The notes under the pieces were generated by a model, which saw nothing but the letters and a program-made list of their open reading frames with translations, did not search any database and had not been told where the DNA came from. Shown one piece after another: positions 44,816-54,739 of a stretch of 64,000 nucleotides of DNA; within the stretch, counting starts at the first letter, position 1, and each line of letters starts with the position of its first letter. This DNA comes from Acidobacteriota bacterium (GTDB lineage: Bacteria > Acidobacteriota > Vicinamibacteria > Vicinamibacterales > 2-12-FULL-66-21), in contig JBKPQB010000006.1 of assembly GCA_046733875.1 (NCBI GenBank), positions 4,137-68,136 on the forward strand, given 5' to 3'. The position numbers and the translations under genes are program-made.

Positions 44816-45327
44816 CCCTCGACATCGAACTGAACGGCCGCACCCGCCTCGTCATCGTCGAACCTGAAGGTCAGCAGGGACGCTTCCGCGTGACGATCGA
44901 CGGCTCCTCCTCAATCATCGACGCGGAGCGTGTGGGGGAGTTCGGCCTGTCGCTGCTCTTCGAGGACGGGAGCGAGAGCTGCACGTTTCAGCTCGCGCCG
45001 GGCGGCGGTCGCGGCGAACTGCTGGCCAATGCGAGCGGCCGCACAGCCTCGCTGATCGTGAACGGGCGGAGGCGCGCGCGCGGCGCCGGCGATGCCGCGG
45101 GGGGCCATGACGGCGAGCAGAAGATTAGCGCGCCCATGCCCGGGCGGGTCGTCCGCGTGCTCGTGGCCCGCGGCGATCAGGTGGCTGCGCGCCAGGCGGT
45201 CGCCGTTGTGGAGGCCATGAAGATGGAAAATGAACTGAGGTCTCCCCGCGCCGGTCGCGTCAAGGACGTGGCGGTTGCGCCGGGGACGTCGGTGGAAGCC
45301 GGCCGCGTGCTCGTGGTGGTGGAGTAG
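44812..45327 (+). CDS. Biotin carboxyl carrier (biotinyl/lipoyl domain) protein
   Basis: ATGA overlap with the biotin carboxylase gene. Biotinylation motif VVEAMKMENEL near the C-terminus. Confidence 0.8.
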   Translation: MTLDIELNGRTRLVIVEPEGQQGRFRVTIDGSSSIIDAERVGEFGLSLLFEDGSESCTFQLAPGGGRGELLANASGRTASLIVNGRRRARGAGDAAGGHDGEQKISAPMPGRVVRVLVARGDQVAARQAVAVVEAMKMENELRSPRAGRVKDVAVAPGTSVEAGRVLVVVE

Positions 45328-45363
45328 CAGCCGGCGATCGGGTCCGCCCGGATATCGTGAATC

Positions 45364-48300
45364 TTGCTCGAAGAGCCCCTTCCCCAGTCGGAACCGCCCG
45401 CTGACGCCGCGCCGGCGACGCCCGCGCCGCCTCAGAGGCGCCGCAGGCATCCGGCGCTCCGCGTCCTCGCGCTCCTGGTCGCCGTCATTGCAGCGCTCAT
45501 CGTTGCGACGATCACGATCGATCTCGGCCCTTCGCTTCGTAAGCGGGCTGAGACCGCCGCATCCAATTACCTGCAGCGGCCCGTTCACATCGGCGGTCTC
45601 AAAGTGGTTCTGCTGACCGGCACTTTCCGCGTCAGCGATCTGCTCATCGAGGGGCTGCAACCCACCGATCGTCCTTTCCTGAAGGCGAGGCGCATCGACG
45701 TGAACTTCCCCTGGTGGACGATCGTCACGGGCCAGCTCGTCGTCGAGGACGTCGATATGAGCGACTGGGAGATGCTCGTCGAGCAGTTCCCCAACGGCCG
45801 GCACAACTTTCCGAGATTGATCAGGGAATCGAAGGGGCCCAAAGGGCCGAAGCGGTTTACGACGACGGTGCGGCAGGTGATCGCGAGAAGGGGCCAGTTC
45901 ACCTATGACGATCACACGACGCCGTGGAAGACCGTCGCGCGCAACCTGGACGTGAGCGTGTTCCGCGGTTTCTCGCAGTACGAGGGGACGGCGCAGTTCA
46001 CGAATGGGACGGTCGGGATTCAATCGTACGAGCCGTTCCGTGTGGACATGTCGACGCGGTTCCGCATCGACGGCGGCCGGGTCAATCTGGAGCGCATCGA
46101 CCTCGCGAGCGAGGGCGCCGCGTCGGTCGTCGACGGCTATGTCGACCTCGCGCACTGGCCCGAGATGCTCTACAACGTCCGCTCGCGTGTCGACTTCCCG
46201 ACCGAGAAGAAGATCTTCTTCAAGGAGATGGACTTCACGGTTGCCGGCTACGGCGACTTCGCGGGAACGTTTCATTTCTTCAAGGGCGGGCGCGAGCTGA
46301 AGGGTACGTTCAGCAGTCCTGAGGCCGGCGTGAACGCCTGGCGTTTCCCGCACGTGAACGGCTCGCTCCTGTGGGTTCCGAGCAAGTTCGAGGTGACGAA
46401 CGTGACGTCCGGGCTTTACGGCGGCCGCGCGAAGTTCAGTTTCTCGATGGGCCCCTTCGGCCAGGGACGCCCCGCGCAGGCAATCTGGGATACGACGTAC
46501 TCGGACGTCGACCTCGTGCAGCTCACGGATTTCCTGAAGACGGAAGGGCTGCGGCTTTCCGGCCGGGCGTCAGGACGCAACCGGCTCGAGTGGCCGCTCG
46601 GCAAGTTCGGACAGAAGCGCGGAGAAGGACAGGTCAGCGTGACGCCTCCCGCGGGCGTGACACCGCTGACGCGGCAACTCCCTCCCGACCTGATCGCGCG
46701 CGTCGATCCGCTCCCGCCCGAGCAGGGTCCGTTCAACCCGCATGTGTGGATCGGCTACGTGCCGGTGGCGGGACAGATCTCGTACGCCCTCGACCCGGAA
46801 TGGATCACGATTGCGAACGGCTGGACGGCGACGGACCTCACGTACGTTGAATTCACCGGCCGCACGGCATGGGGCCAGCGCTCGCGGATTCCCTTTCACG
46901 TCACGAGCGCCGACTGGCAGGAAAGCGATCGCGTCCTCGCCGCGATCATGACGGCATTTGGATCGCCGACCGGCGGAATCCCCATCGGAGGCCGCGGCGA
47001 GTTCGACGGCACGTTTCTCGAAGCGTTCACGCGGCCGCGCATCGAGGGGCATTTCTCGGGCGAGCGGATGCGCGCGTGGGACGTCGTCTGGGGACGCGCG
47101 GAAGCGGATCTCGCGATCGAGAACAGCTACGTCGACATCTCGAAGAGCGTGATCGAGCAGGGCGAATCCCACATCGAGGCCACCGGCCGATTCTCGCTCG
47201 GCTATCCACGCAAGGACGAAGGCGAAGAGATCAACGCGGTCGTCCGCATGTCGAAGAGGCCGCTCTCGGATCTGCGCCACGCGTTCGAGCTGGACGACTA
47301 TCCGGTCGACGGGCTCGCATCCGGCGAGTATCACATCTACGGGAAGTACGAAACACCCGACGGCTTCGGCCGGCTGCAGATCGATCGCGGCACCGCATAC
47401 CGCGAGACGTTCGACACCGCTCACGCCAACCTCCGGTTCGAGGGAACCGGCGTGCGCCTCGATGGCATCGACATCGCGAAGAGCACCGGACGCGTCACCG
47501 GCGCGGCGTGGGTGGGCTGGGACGGAAATTACTCCTTCGACGCGGATGGTTCGCGCATTCCGCTCGAGTCGCTGGTGACGCTGTCGATTCCGCGCGCGCC
47601 GCTCTCCGGCCTTCTGCAGTTCAAGGCAACGGGCACCGGGACGTTCGACTCCCCGCGCTACGACGTGCAGATCCGCGTCGACGATCTGTTCGCCGGCGAC
47701 GAAGGCATCGGCCAGGTGAACGGGCGCCTCTCGCTCAGGGGCGAGCTGTTGACGATGGACATGGATGCGCAGTCGCCGCGCTTGTCGGTGACCGGATCCG
47801 GACGTCTCGCGCTGACGCCCGAGATGGACACGGAGATGACGCTGCAGTTCTCCGACACCTCTCTGGACCCCTACATCCGGTTCTTTCAGCCGAAGCTGTC
47901 CCCGTTCACGACCGCCGTGGCGGACGGCACCATCCGCGCGGTTGGTGAGCTCGCCGATATCGACCACCTCGTCGTCGAAGCCAGTGTCGAGCGGCTCAAT
48001 CTGAAGCTGTTCGATTATCCCGTTCACAACGACGGACCCATCCAGCTCGCGCTGAATCAGCATCGCCTCGAGGTGCAGCGACTGAGGCTCGCCGGCGAGG
48101 GCACGGCGCTCGAGCTGAGCGGCCAGGTCGCACTGCATGACAATCAGATCGCGCTCGAAGCGTCGGGCGACGCGAACCTCGGCATCCTGCAGGGCATTTT
48201 CCGGGACGTGCGAAGCTCTGGCGATGCCTCGCTGCACGCGCGCGTCAACGGGCCGCTCGATGCGCCCGTTCTCTCGGGCGACGCGACGATTACCGACGGC

Positions 48301-49479
48301 CGCGTGCGCTATATGCTCCTCCCGAACAGCCTGCAGGCGATCAACGGCAAGCTCTCGTTCGACGCGCAAGGCATCCGCCTCGACGACGTGACCGCGGAAG
48401 TCGGCGGCGGCCCCGTGCGGTTCGGCGGGCACATCGGGATCACCGGATACAACATCGGGGAGATCAATCTGACCGCGACCGGCGAGCAGATGGTGTTCCG
48501 CTACCCCGAGGGATTCCGATCGACGGCGGATGCGACGCTCGAGCTGCAGGGCACCCTCGAGTCCCTGCTGCTGCGCGGAACCGTCATCGTCCGCGACGGC
48601 GAGTACACGAAGCGTTTCGAGCCGAACGTGGATGTCTTCAATCTCGCTGGCGGCGGGAGCGGGCTCCCCTCACCCGCGGCAGCTGGTCCAACGGTGCCGC
48701 TCCGATTCGACATCCAGATCCAGGCGCCGCGCACGCTGCGGGTCAACAACAACATCGCGCGGCTCACGGCGTCTGCGGATCTCACGCTCAGCGGAACCTA
48801 CGACAAGCCCGTGCTCCTCGGCCGCGCCGACATCGTTCGCGGTGACATCTTCTTCATCGGCAACCGTTACGTCGTCACGCACGGGACCATCGATTTTCTG
48901 AACCCCTCGCACATCGAGCCATTCTTCGATCTGGAAGCAGAGACGCGCGTCCGCGTTCCGACGGAGACCTATCGCGTCACGCTCGGCATCCGCGGATCGG
49001 TCAGCGGAAATCTGAATCTGACGGTCGATTCCGATCCGCCTTTGCCCGCCGTCGACGTCATCAGGCTGCTGGTGGGCGAGACGACGGACGTATCGAATCC
49101 GGAGCTGAGGGCGCTGCGGCCCGAGGCGGCGACGCAGTCGGAGGAGGCGCTGCTTCGCGCCGCCTTTGCACGGATCGCCACCGCGCCCCTCGTCGGGCCC
49201 GTGCAGAGCGCGGTCGAGCAGACGCTCGGCTTCGATGTGGTGCAGCTCACACCGAGCATCGGGACGGAGAACGATCCGCTGACGCCCACGGCCAGGCTGA
49301 CGATAGGCAAGCGCCTCACGAACCGCGCCTACCTGACGTTCGCGCGGGCGCTCGGCACCACGCAGCGCGAGCAGATCATCGTGCTCGAGTACGAGCAGAG
49401 TGAACGCCTTTCGTGGGTGCTCACACAAAACGGCGACCGCACGTTCTCGGTGGACTTCCGCGTTCGTCACACGTTCTGA
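45364..49479 (+). CDS. tamB: TamB-like translocation and assembly module protein (AsmA/DUF490 superfamily)
   Basis: 1371 aa, TTG start. N-terminal anchor ALRVLALLVAVIAALIVATITI. Long beta-rich body. C-terminal RLTIGKRLTNRAYLTFARAL...LEYEQSERLSW resembles the TamB C-terminal domain. Confidence 0.8.
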   Translation: MLEEPLPQSEPPADAAPATPAPPQRRRRHPALRVLALLVAVIAALIVATITIDLGPSLRKRAETAASNYLQRPVHIGGLKVVLLTGTFRVSDLLIEGLQPTDRPFLKARRIDVNFPWWTIVTGQLVVEDVDMSDWEMLVEQFPNGRHNFPRLIRESKGPKGPKRFTTTVRQVIARRGQFTYDDHTTPWKTVARNLDVSVFRGFSQYEGTAQFTNGTVGIQSYEPFRVDMSTRFRIDGGRVNLERIDLASEGAASVVDGYVDLAHWPEMLYNVRSRVDFPTEKKIFFKEMDFTVAGYGDFAGTFHFFKGGRELKGTFSSPEAGVNAWRFPHVNGSLLWVPSKFEVTNVTSGLYGGRAKFSFSMGPFGQGRPAQAIWDTTYSDVDLVQLTDFLKTEGLRLSGRASGRNRLEWPLGKFGQKRGEGQVSVTPPAGVTPLTRQLPPDLIARVDPLPPEQGPFNPHVWIGYVPVAGQISYALDPEWITIANGWTATDLTYVEFTGRTAWGQRSRIPFHVTSADWQESDRVLAAIMTAFGSPTGGIPIGGRGEFDGTFLEAFTRPRIEGHFSGERMRAWDVVWGRAEADLAIENSYVDISKSVIEQGESHIEATGRFSLGYPRKDEGEEINAVVRMSKRPLSDLRHAFELDDYPVDGLASGEYHIYGKYETPDGFGRLQIDRGTAYRETFDTAHANLRFEGTGVRLDGIDIAKSTGRVTGAAWVGWDGNYSFDADGSRIPLESLVTLSIPRAPLSGLLQFKATGTGTFDSPRYDVQIRVDDLFAGDEGIGQVNGRLSLRGELLTMDMDAQSPRLSVTGSGRLALTPEMDTEMTLQFSDTSLDPYIRFFQPKLSPFTTAVADGTIRAVGELADIDHLVVEASVERLNLKLFDYPVHNDGPIQLALNQHRLEVQRLRLAGEGTALELSGQVALHDNQIALEASGDANLGILQGIFRDVRSSGDASLHARVNGPLDAPVLSGDATITDGRVRYMLLPNSLQAINGKLSFDAQGIRLDDVTAEVGGGPVRFGGHIGITGYNIGEINLTATGEQMVFRYPEGFRSTADATLELQGTLESLLLRGTVIVRDGEYTKRFEPNVDVFNLAGGGSGLPSPAAAGPTVPLRFDIQIQAPRTLRVNNNIARLTASADLTLSGTYDKPVLLGRADIVRGDIFFIGNRYVVTHGTIDFLNPSHIEPFFDLEAETRVRVPTETYRVTLGIRGSVSGNLNLTVDSDPPLPAVDVIRLLVGETTDVSNPELRALRPEAATQSEEALLRAAFARIATAPLVGPVQSAVEQTLGFDVVQLTPSIGTENDPLTPTARLTIGKRLTNRAYLTFARALGTTQREQIIVLEYEQSERLSWVLTQNGDRTFSVDFRVRHTF

Positions 49480-52358
49480 TGCGTCGAACCGCGCTGCTCC
49501 TGCTCGTGCTTCTGACACCCGCGGCGATCGGTGCGCAGGAGCTCCCCGGTGCGAAGTACGTGGATCATCCGATTCGCCGCGTGACGCTGACCATCGAAGG
49601 GCGCGAGACCACCGAGGCGGGGCTGGAAGATCTGCTCGCGACGCGCGTGGGCCGGGCGCTCTCGATGGCCGACGTGCGCGAGACGATCGCGCACTTCTAC
49701 AGCCTCGGGCGATTCGAGAATGTCGTCGTCGATGCGGAGTCCACTGCGGATGGAGGGGTCGCGCTGCGCTACGCGCTGGCCCCGATCCACAGCGTCACGC
49801 GGGTCGAGTTCCACGGCGAGCTTGGCGTCTCCGAGGGAACGCTGCGCGACTGGATGAGCGAGCGGTTCGGTCTCACGCCGCCCGTTGGTCGCGCGGTCGA
49901 CGTCGCGACGTCGCTGGAGGGCCTTTACAAGGATCGCGGGTATCTGCAGGCGACCGTGCGTCCGGCGCCGCCCATCGTGGAGCACAATCCGGATCGCACC
50001 ACGCTCGTGTTCGACGTGAACGCGGGACCACTCGCGAAGATCGCGGACGTCGTGATCGAGGGGCAGCCGCTCGATTCGCGCCAGGAGGTGCTCTCACGGC
50101 TCGCTGTCACCCCGGGACAGCCGTACGAGCCAGCGGAACTGCACCGCCGTCTTGCGGATTACGTGACCGGCATGCGCAAGCGCGGCAGGTACGAGGCGGC
50201 CGCATCGGAGCTCCCGCCGAAGGTGGGCGGCGATGGCACGCAGGTCACGGTGACGCTCAACATCGCTCCCGGGCCGATCGTGCACGTGCAATACGCCGGC
50301 GATCCTCTTCCGAAAGAGAAGCTCGCGGACATGGTGCCGATCGAGCGCGAGGGTTCGGTCGACGAGGATCTGCTCGAGGATTCGAGCCGCCGCATCGAGG
50401 AAGCGCTGCGGCAGCAGGGGTACTGGCGCGCACGCGTGTCGCACGAACGCCGGGAGGAGAACGGCGTCCTCACGATCACCTTCCACGTGGATCGCGGCCG
50501 CTTGTATCGCGTGGCGCCGAGCGGGGTCGAGATCACCGGCAACACCGTCATCACGCCGGCGGAGCTGAAGCCGTTCATGAAGCTGGCGCCGGGGGAGCCG
50601 TTCGTGGCGTCCACGCTCGATGCGATGGCGGGCGCCATCCGCCAGCAGTACCAGGTGCGCGGGTATGCGCTTGCCGAAATCCGTTCGGCCGCGGACGACA
50701 TCGGCAACGGCTTGATCAGGCCCGTGATCACGATCAAAGAAGGGCCGCACGTCACCATCGCCGCGATCACGATCGAAGGGAATCGCGCCCTGCGAACCGA
50801 GGATTTGATCGCGAAGCTCTCCTCGAAGCCGGGCGAACCGTATTACGCGCCGACGGTCGCGAGCGATCGCGACCGTCTCGTCACCGAATACCTCAACGCG
50901 GGCTACGCGTCAGTGCAGGTGACGGTGACGCCCGTCCTCACGCCCGACGGCACGCGCGCGACGCTGCCGTTCCGGATCGAAGAAGGCCCGCAGACGATCG
51001 TCGACCATATCCTCGTCGTCGGCAACACGAAAACCGATCAGAACGTGATCCTTCGCGAGCTGCAGCTGCACCCGGGGCAGCCGCTCGGCGCCGCTGATCT
51101 TCTCGAAAGCCAGCGGCGCCTGAGCGCGCTGGGCCTGTTCCGCCGCGTCCGCATCGCGCCGCTGCCGCACGGCTCCCCGCTCAACCCCGACGTCGTCGTC
51201 ACCGTCGAGGAAGCGCAGAGGACGACAATTGGCTTCGGCGGTGGCGCGGAGATCGATCGCACACTGCGCGCGACAGGACCCGGAGGGGAAGCGCAGGAGC
51301 ACGTCGAGTTTGCACCGCGCGGGTTCTTCGAGGTCGTCCGCCGGAACCTCGGGGGCAAGAACCGGTCGGTGAGCCTGTACACGCGTCTCAGCCTTCGTCC
51401 CGACACCGAAACTGATCCGGCGAACCCAAGCAAGTTCGGCTTCCCGGAGTACCGCATTGTCGGCACGTATAGGGAACCGAAGGCCTTCCGGGGAACCTCG
51501 GACCTGACGGGAACCGCCGCGATCGAGCAGGCACGGCGGACGACGTTCAATTTCGCGCGGAAAGGTGTGACGGCGGAGGTCAGCCGGATGCTGGCGCCGG
51601 CGATCCGCGGCAGCCTCCGCTACACGTTCGGCACGACGCGGGTCTTCGACGAGCAGATCGGTACGGATCCTGCCGACCAGATCTCGATTGACCGTGTCTT
51701 CCCGCAGGTGCGTCTCTCCGGGTTCTCGCTCGCGCTCACGCGCGATACGCGCGACGATCTGCTCGATCCACAGCAGGGGACGTTCACCACGGCCGACGGA
51801 ACTGTGGCCGCGCGCATTTTCGGGTCGCAGGTCGGCTACACCAAGGCCTTCGTGCAGGGCTTCTTCTACCATCAGCTCGGACGGCCGCATCTCGTGTTCG
51901 CCGGCGGCGCGCGGCTCGGCATCGGCAAGCTGCTGACGCTCGTCACCGACGATCAGGGACAGCCCGTCTCCGATATGCCGGCCAGCGAGCGGTTCTTCGC
52001 CGGAGGCGACACGACGATTCGCGGCTTCGCGCTGGACACCGTCGGCGCTCCCGCGACGATCAATTCGCAGGGCTTTCCCAAGGGCGGCAACGCGCTCATC
52101 ATCTTCAACGGCGAACTGCGCGCACCGGTGTGGCGCGATCTCGGCGGGGCGCTCTTCATCGACACTGGTAATGTCTTCGCGCGAACCTCCGATCTCGATC
52201 TCACCGAGCTGCGCGGCGGCGTCGGGTTCGGGCTGCGCTACCGTTCGCCGATCGGTCCCATCAGGCTGGATCTCGGGTTCAAGCTGGATCGGCGCGTGAT
52301 TGCGAATCGCCTCGAGCCGCGGACGGTGCTGCACTTCAGCATCGGGCAGGCGTTCTAG
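49479..52358 (+). CDS. bamA: Outer membrane protein assembly factor BamA (Omp85 with POTRA repeats); start moved to MRRTALLLLVLL
   Basis: Signal peptide. Repeated POTRA-like blocks (VTIEGN.., ILVVGNTKTDQNVILREL). Barrel motifs FFAGGDTTIRGF and GGVGFGLRY. C-terminal Phe (SIGQAF). The ATG overlaps the tamB stop by 1 nt. Confidence 0.88.
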   Translation: MRRTALLLLVLLTPAAIGAQELPGAKYVDHPIRRVTLTIEGRETTEAGLEDLLATRVGRALSMADVRETIAHFYSLGRFENVVVDAESTADGGVALRYALAPIHSVTRVEFHGELGVSEGTLRDWMSERFGLTPPVGRAVDVATSLEGLYKDRGYLQATVRPAPPIVEHNPDRTTLVFDVNAGPLAKIADVVIEGQPLDSRQEVLSRLAVTPGQPYEPAELHRRLADYVTGMRKRGRYEAAASELPPKVGGDGTQVTVTLNIAPGPIVHVQYAGDPLPKEKLADMVPIEREGSVDEDLLEDSSRRIEEALRQQGYWRARVSHERREENGVLTITFHVDRGRLYRVAPSGVEITGNTVITPAELKPFMKLAPGEPFVASTLDAMAGAIRQQYQVRGYALAEIRSAADDIGNGLIRPVITIKEGPHVTIAAITIEGNRALRTEDLIAKLSSKPGEPYYAPTVASDRDRLVTEYLNAGYASVQVTVTPVLTPDGTRATLPFRIEEGPQTIVDHILVVGNTKTDQNVILRELQLHPGQPLGAADLLESQRRLSALGLFRRVRIAPLPHGSPLNPDVVVTVEEAQRTTIGFGGGAEIDRTLRATGPGGEAQEHVEFAPRGFFEVVRRNLGGKNRSVSLYTRLSLRPDTETDPANPSKFGFPEYRIVGTYREPKAFRGTSDLTGTAAIEQARRTTFNFARKGVTAEVSRMLAPAIRGSLRYTFGTTRVFDEQIGTDPADQISIDRVFPQVRLSGFSLALTRDTRDDLLDPQQGTFTTADGTVAARIFGSQVGYTKAFVQGFFYHQLGRPHLVFAGGARLGIGKLLTLVTDDQGQPVSDMPASERFFAGGDTTIRGFALDTVGAPATINSQGFPKGGNALIIFNGELRAPVWRDLGGALFIDTGNVFARTSDLDLTELRGGVGFGLRYRSPIGPIRLDLGFKLDRRVIANRLEPRTVLHFSIGQAF

Positions 52359-52365
52359 GAGGACG

Positions 52366-52414
52366 GGAGATTGGAGGTTGGAGGCTGGAGGCTGGAGGCT
52401 GGAGGTTGGAGACC
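52366..52414 (+). repeat. Heptamer array, locus C: 7 tandem units GGAGRYY
   Basis: ggagatt ggaggtt ggaggct ggaggct ggaggct ggaggtt ggagacc. Starts 8 nt after the bamA stop. Confidence 0.85.
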
Positions 52415-52470
52415 TCTCGAGGACTCATGTTGGGCGCATCTGTAGATGCGCCTCAGTGAACAGCGTGGAA

Positions 52471-53115
52471 ATGAAATCACGAACTTTCGCGATTGCGTTT
52501 ATCGTCGCCCTTCTCGGCACCGCCGCGTCCGGCGAGGTCATCGAGCGAATCATGGCCATCGTCGGCGGGCAGCCGATCGTGATGTCGGACGTGACGGCGG
52601 CGCTGAGGTTCCATCTCACGCCGCCGGCGCCTGCGGGAACGGATCCGATTGGGTGGACGGTCGATCGCCTCATCGAGCGCACCCTGATGCTGTCGGAGGT
52701 CGAGCGGTATCAACCACCGGAGCCCGCGAAAGCTGAAATCGATCGCCACGTGGCCGAGCTCGAGCAGCGTGCCGGCTCGCCCGCGGCGCTCGATTCGACG
52801 CTCAGCGCGCTGGGCCTTACGCGGGAGCGCCTGCGCGCGTACATCCGGGACGACCTGCGCATCGCGACGTATCTCACCGAGCGTTTCGAGAGCGCCTCGG
52901 AACCGGCGGAGGCAGATGTCGTCACGTACTATCGCGAACACCCTTCGGAGTTCACGGTTGCAGGCAAGCTGGAGTCGTTCGAGGAGGCTCAGGACGCGGC
53001 GCGCAAAAAGGTAACGGAGACTCGCCGCTCCGCGTTGATTGCTGATTGGGTCACGAGTCTCCGCCGCCGCACCGATGTAACGGTGCTGCCTGTCGAGTCT
53101 CCAGCCTTGCGCTGA
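52471..53115 (+). CDS. SurA N-terminal-domain-like periplasmic chaperone (no PPIase domain); start moved to MKSRTFAIAF
   Basis: Signal peptide, then VIERIMAIVGGQPIVMSDV and LIERTLMLSEVER, typical of the SurA_N fold. The ORF-track N-terminus (DWRLEAGGWRLE) is translated repeat. Confidence 0.6.
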   Translation: MKSRTFAIAFIVALLGTAASGEVIERIMAIVGGQPIVMSDVTAALRFHLTPPAPAGTDPIGWTVDRLIERTLMLSEVERYQPPEPAKAEIDRHVAELEQRAGSPAALDSTLSALGLTRERLRAYIRDDLRIATYLTERFESASEPAEADVVTYYREHPSEFTVAGKLESFEEAQDAARKKVTETRRSALIADWVTSLRRRTDVTVLPVESPALR

Positions 53116-53147
53116 CTCCAACCGCCGCCTTTCGCGCTTCGGCGGGG

Positions 53148-53166
53148 CAGCCAACCTCCAACCTCC
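53148..53166 (+). repeat. Heptamer array, locus D (complement orientation of locus C)
   Basis: cagccaacctccaacctcc is the reverse complement of ggaggttggaggttggctg. Preceded by the ccgccg-N12-cggcgg hairpin (53122-53145). Confidence 0.7.
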
Positions 53167-54707
53167 TTACGGTTTCAGCCTCAAGATCCTCAGTTCCGGC
53201 CCCGGGTGCTCGCGCGACGGCGTGAAGCGCGCCGCTTCCGGAAATCGCCGGAACAACGCCAGGTAATCGGCGTACTCGCTCCCGAAGTGCGCCGGGTCAC
53301 TCAGGAACGGTCCGTACGACTGCGACGAGGCGATGAGATATTCGACCCCTGCTGCCGCGTACGCATCCGGAGCCTTGTCGCGCAGGTATTTGACGTGATC
53401 GACGCGGTACCGGTCCGGCAGCATCAGCTCCTCCGTCTCGATCGTGATCCTCGATCCTGGCGGCACGTGTGCCAGCACCCAGTCGTACGCCTGCTTCGTC
53501 GTCCACGTGCGAGCGATCATCGCGTCGAAGGCGATGGAACTATAGGCGGGCGGCACGATCGCGAGAAGGACGAGCGCTACGATCAGCGCGTTCCTCACCG
53601 AGCGGGGGATCCGGTACCGGCGAAGCTGGCTCACGCCTGAAACGACGGCGCCTGCGGCGAGCAGCGAGAGCAGCGGCAGGATCGGCAGGAGATAGCGGCC
53701 GTAGACGAGCGACTGCTGTGAGATGAACCAGAAATAGACGAGGGGAAACCCGATCGCGAGCGTCCACTTCACGCGGCCCGGACCCTTGATCGCGCGCGTC
53801 GCGCCAAGCGCAAGGCCTCCCGCGACGAGGAGCGTCGCAGGCCAGTGCCACGCGTTCCGCAGGTGTTTGAGATAGATGAGGAAGATCGGAGTGGCGCCGT
53901 GCCAGGGCGCCCGGTACGCGGCGGCGAGGCTCGCGAACCCGTTCAGGAACCCGGGCAGATCGAGGAGTGTGTAAGGCGCCGCGATCAGAAACGCCGCCAG
54001 AAATGCGCCGATCGCTGCGAGCGATGCGACGATGCGCGACGGCCGCACGACCGGCGTCATCCCGCAGGCGATCAGGGGCATTACGAACGCGATCGCGCCG
54101 TTGTATTTCGTTGCCGCGGCCAGTCCGGCGGATGCTCCCGCGATCGCGAACGCGCGAGCGTTCGGGCGCTCGTGCGCCCGCAGCGAGAGAAGGAATGCGA
54201 ACGTGACGAACAGCGTCACGGGCACGTCCGTGAGCACGTAATGTGATTCGCGGACGTGCAGGGGCATGACGGCGAGCAGCGCCGCGCCGAGAAGAGCCGT
54301 CCGCGCACCCCAGCGACGCCCCGCGAGATACAGGACCCACACCGTCGCGGTGCCTGCGAGTGCGGTCACCGCGCGTCCCCAGAGGTACGCGTCGGCCGCG
54401 GCGAACTGTGCCAGCGACGCCCATCGCCCGCGCACGGCCCCGGCGAGAAACCGGACAACGCCGACGGCGACCTGCACGTAGATGTAGAACGAAGGGTAGT
54501 CGAAGAAGTGCGGATTGAAATCGCCGGTCTTGATGATGCGTACCGCGCGATCCATGATTTCCGGCTCGTCGACGGCCGGCATGTACGGGATGCCGATTCC
54601 GAGCGCCCAGAAGCGCAGCAGCGCTGCCCCCCCAGCGTCAGGACGAGACCGGCACGGGACGGCTGCAGGTCGGCCGCCTCCCGCCACTCGCGATCGATGA
54701 TTCGCAT
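53167..54707 (-). CDS. GT39/ArnT-like membrane glycosyltransferase. The 5' end needs a frame change at a G7 tract; alternative in-frame GTG start at 54687
   Basis: Many TM segments. First-loop acidic motif AVDEPEIM. Only the 54707 frame before the G-run (54627-54633), joined to the long frame after it, yields a full first TM helix (AGLVLTLGG/AALLRFWALGIGI). The ORF-track start at 54906 overlaps the upstream gene by 167 nt and reads as Arg/Pro/Ser-rich sequence that looks non-coding. Confidence 0.65.
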
Positions 54708-54739
54708 GAAGCCGGAAGTCCCGGGGGGCCGCGGATATT

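Noticed and set aside
52366-52414. Tandem repeat array, considered as a possible CRISPR or minisatellite.
   Set aside because: The units are 7 bp with no unique spacers, and no cas genes are present. It belongs to the heptamer repeat family described in the findings.
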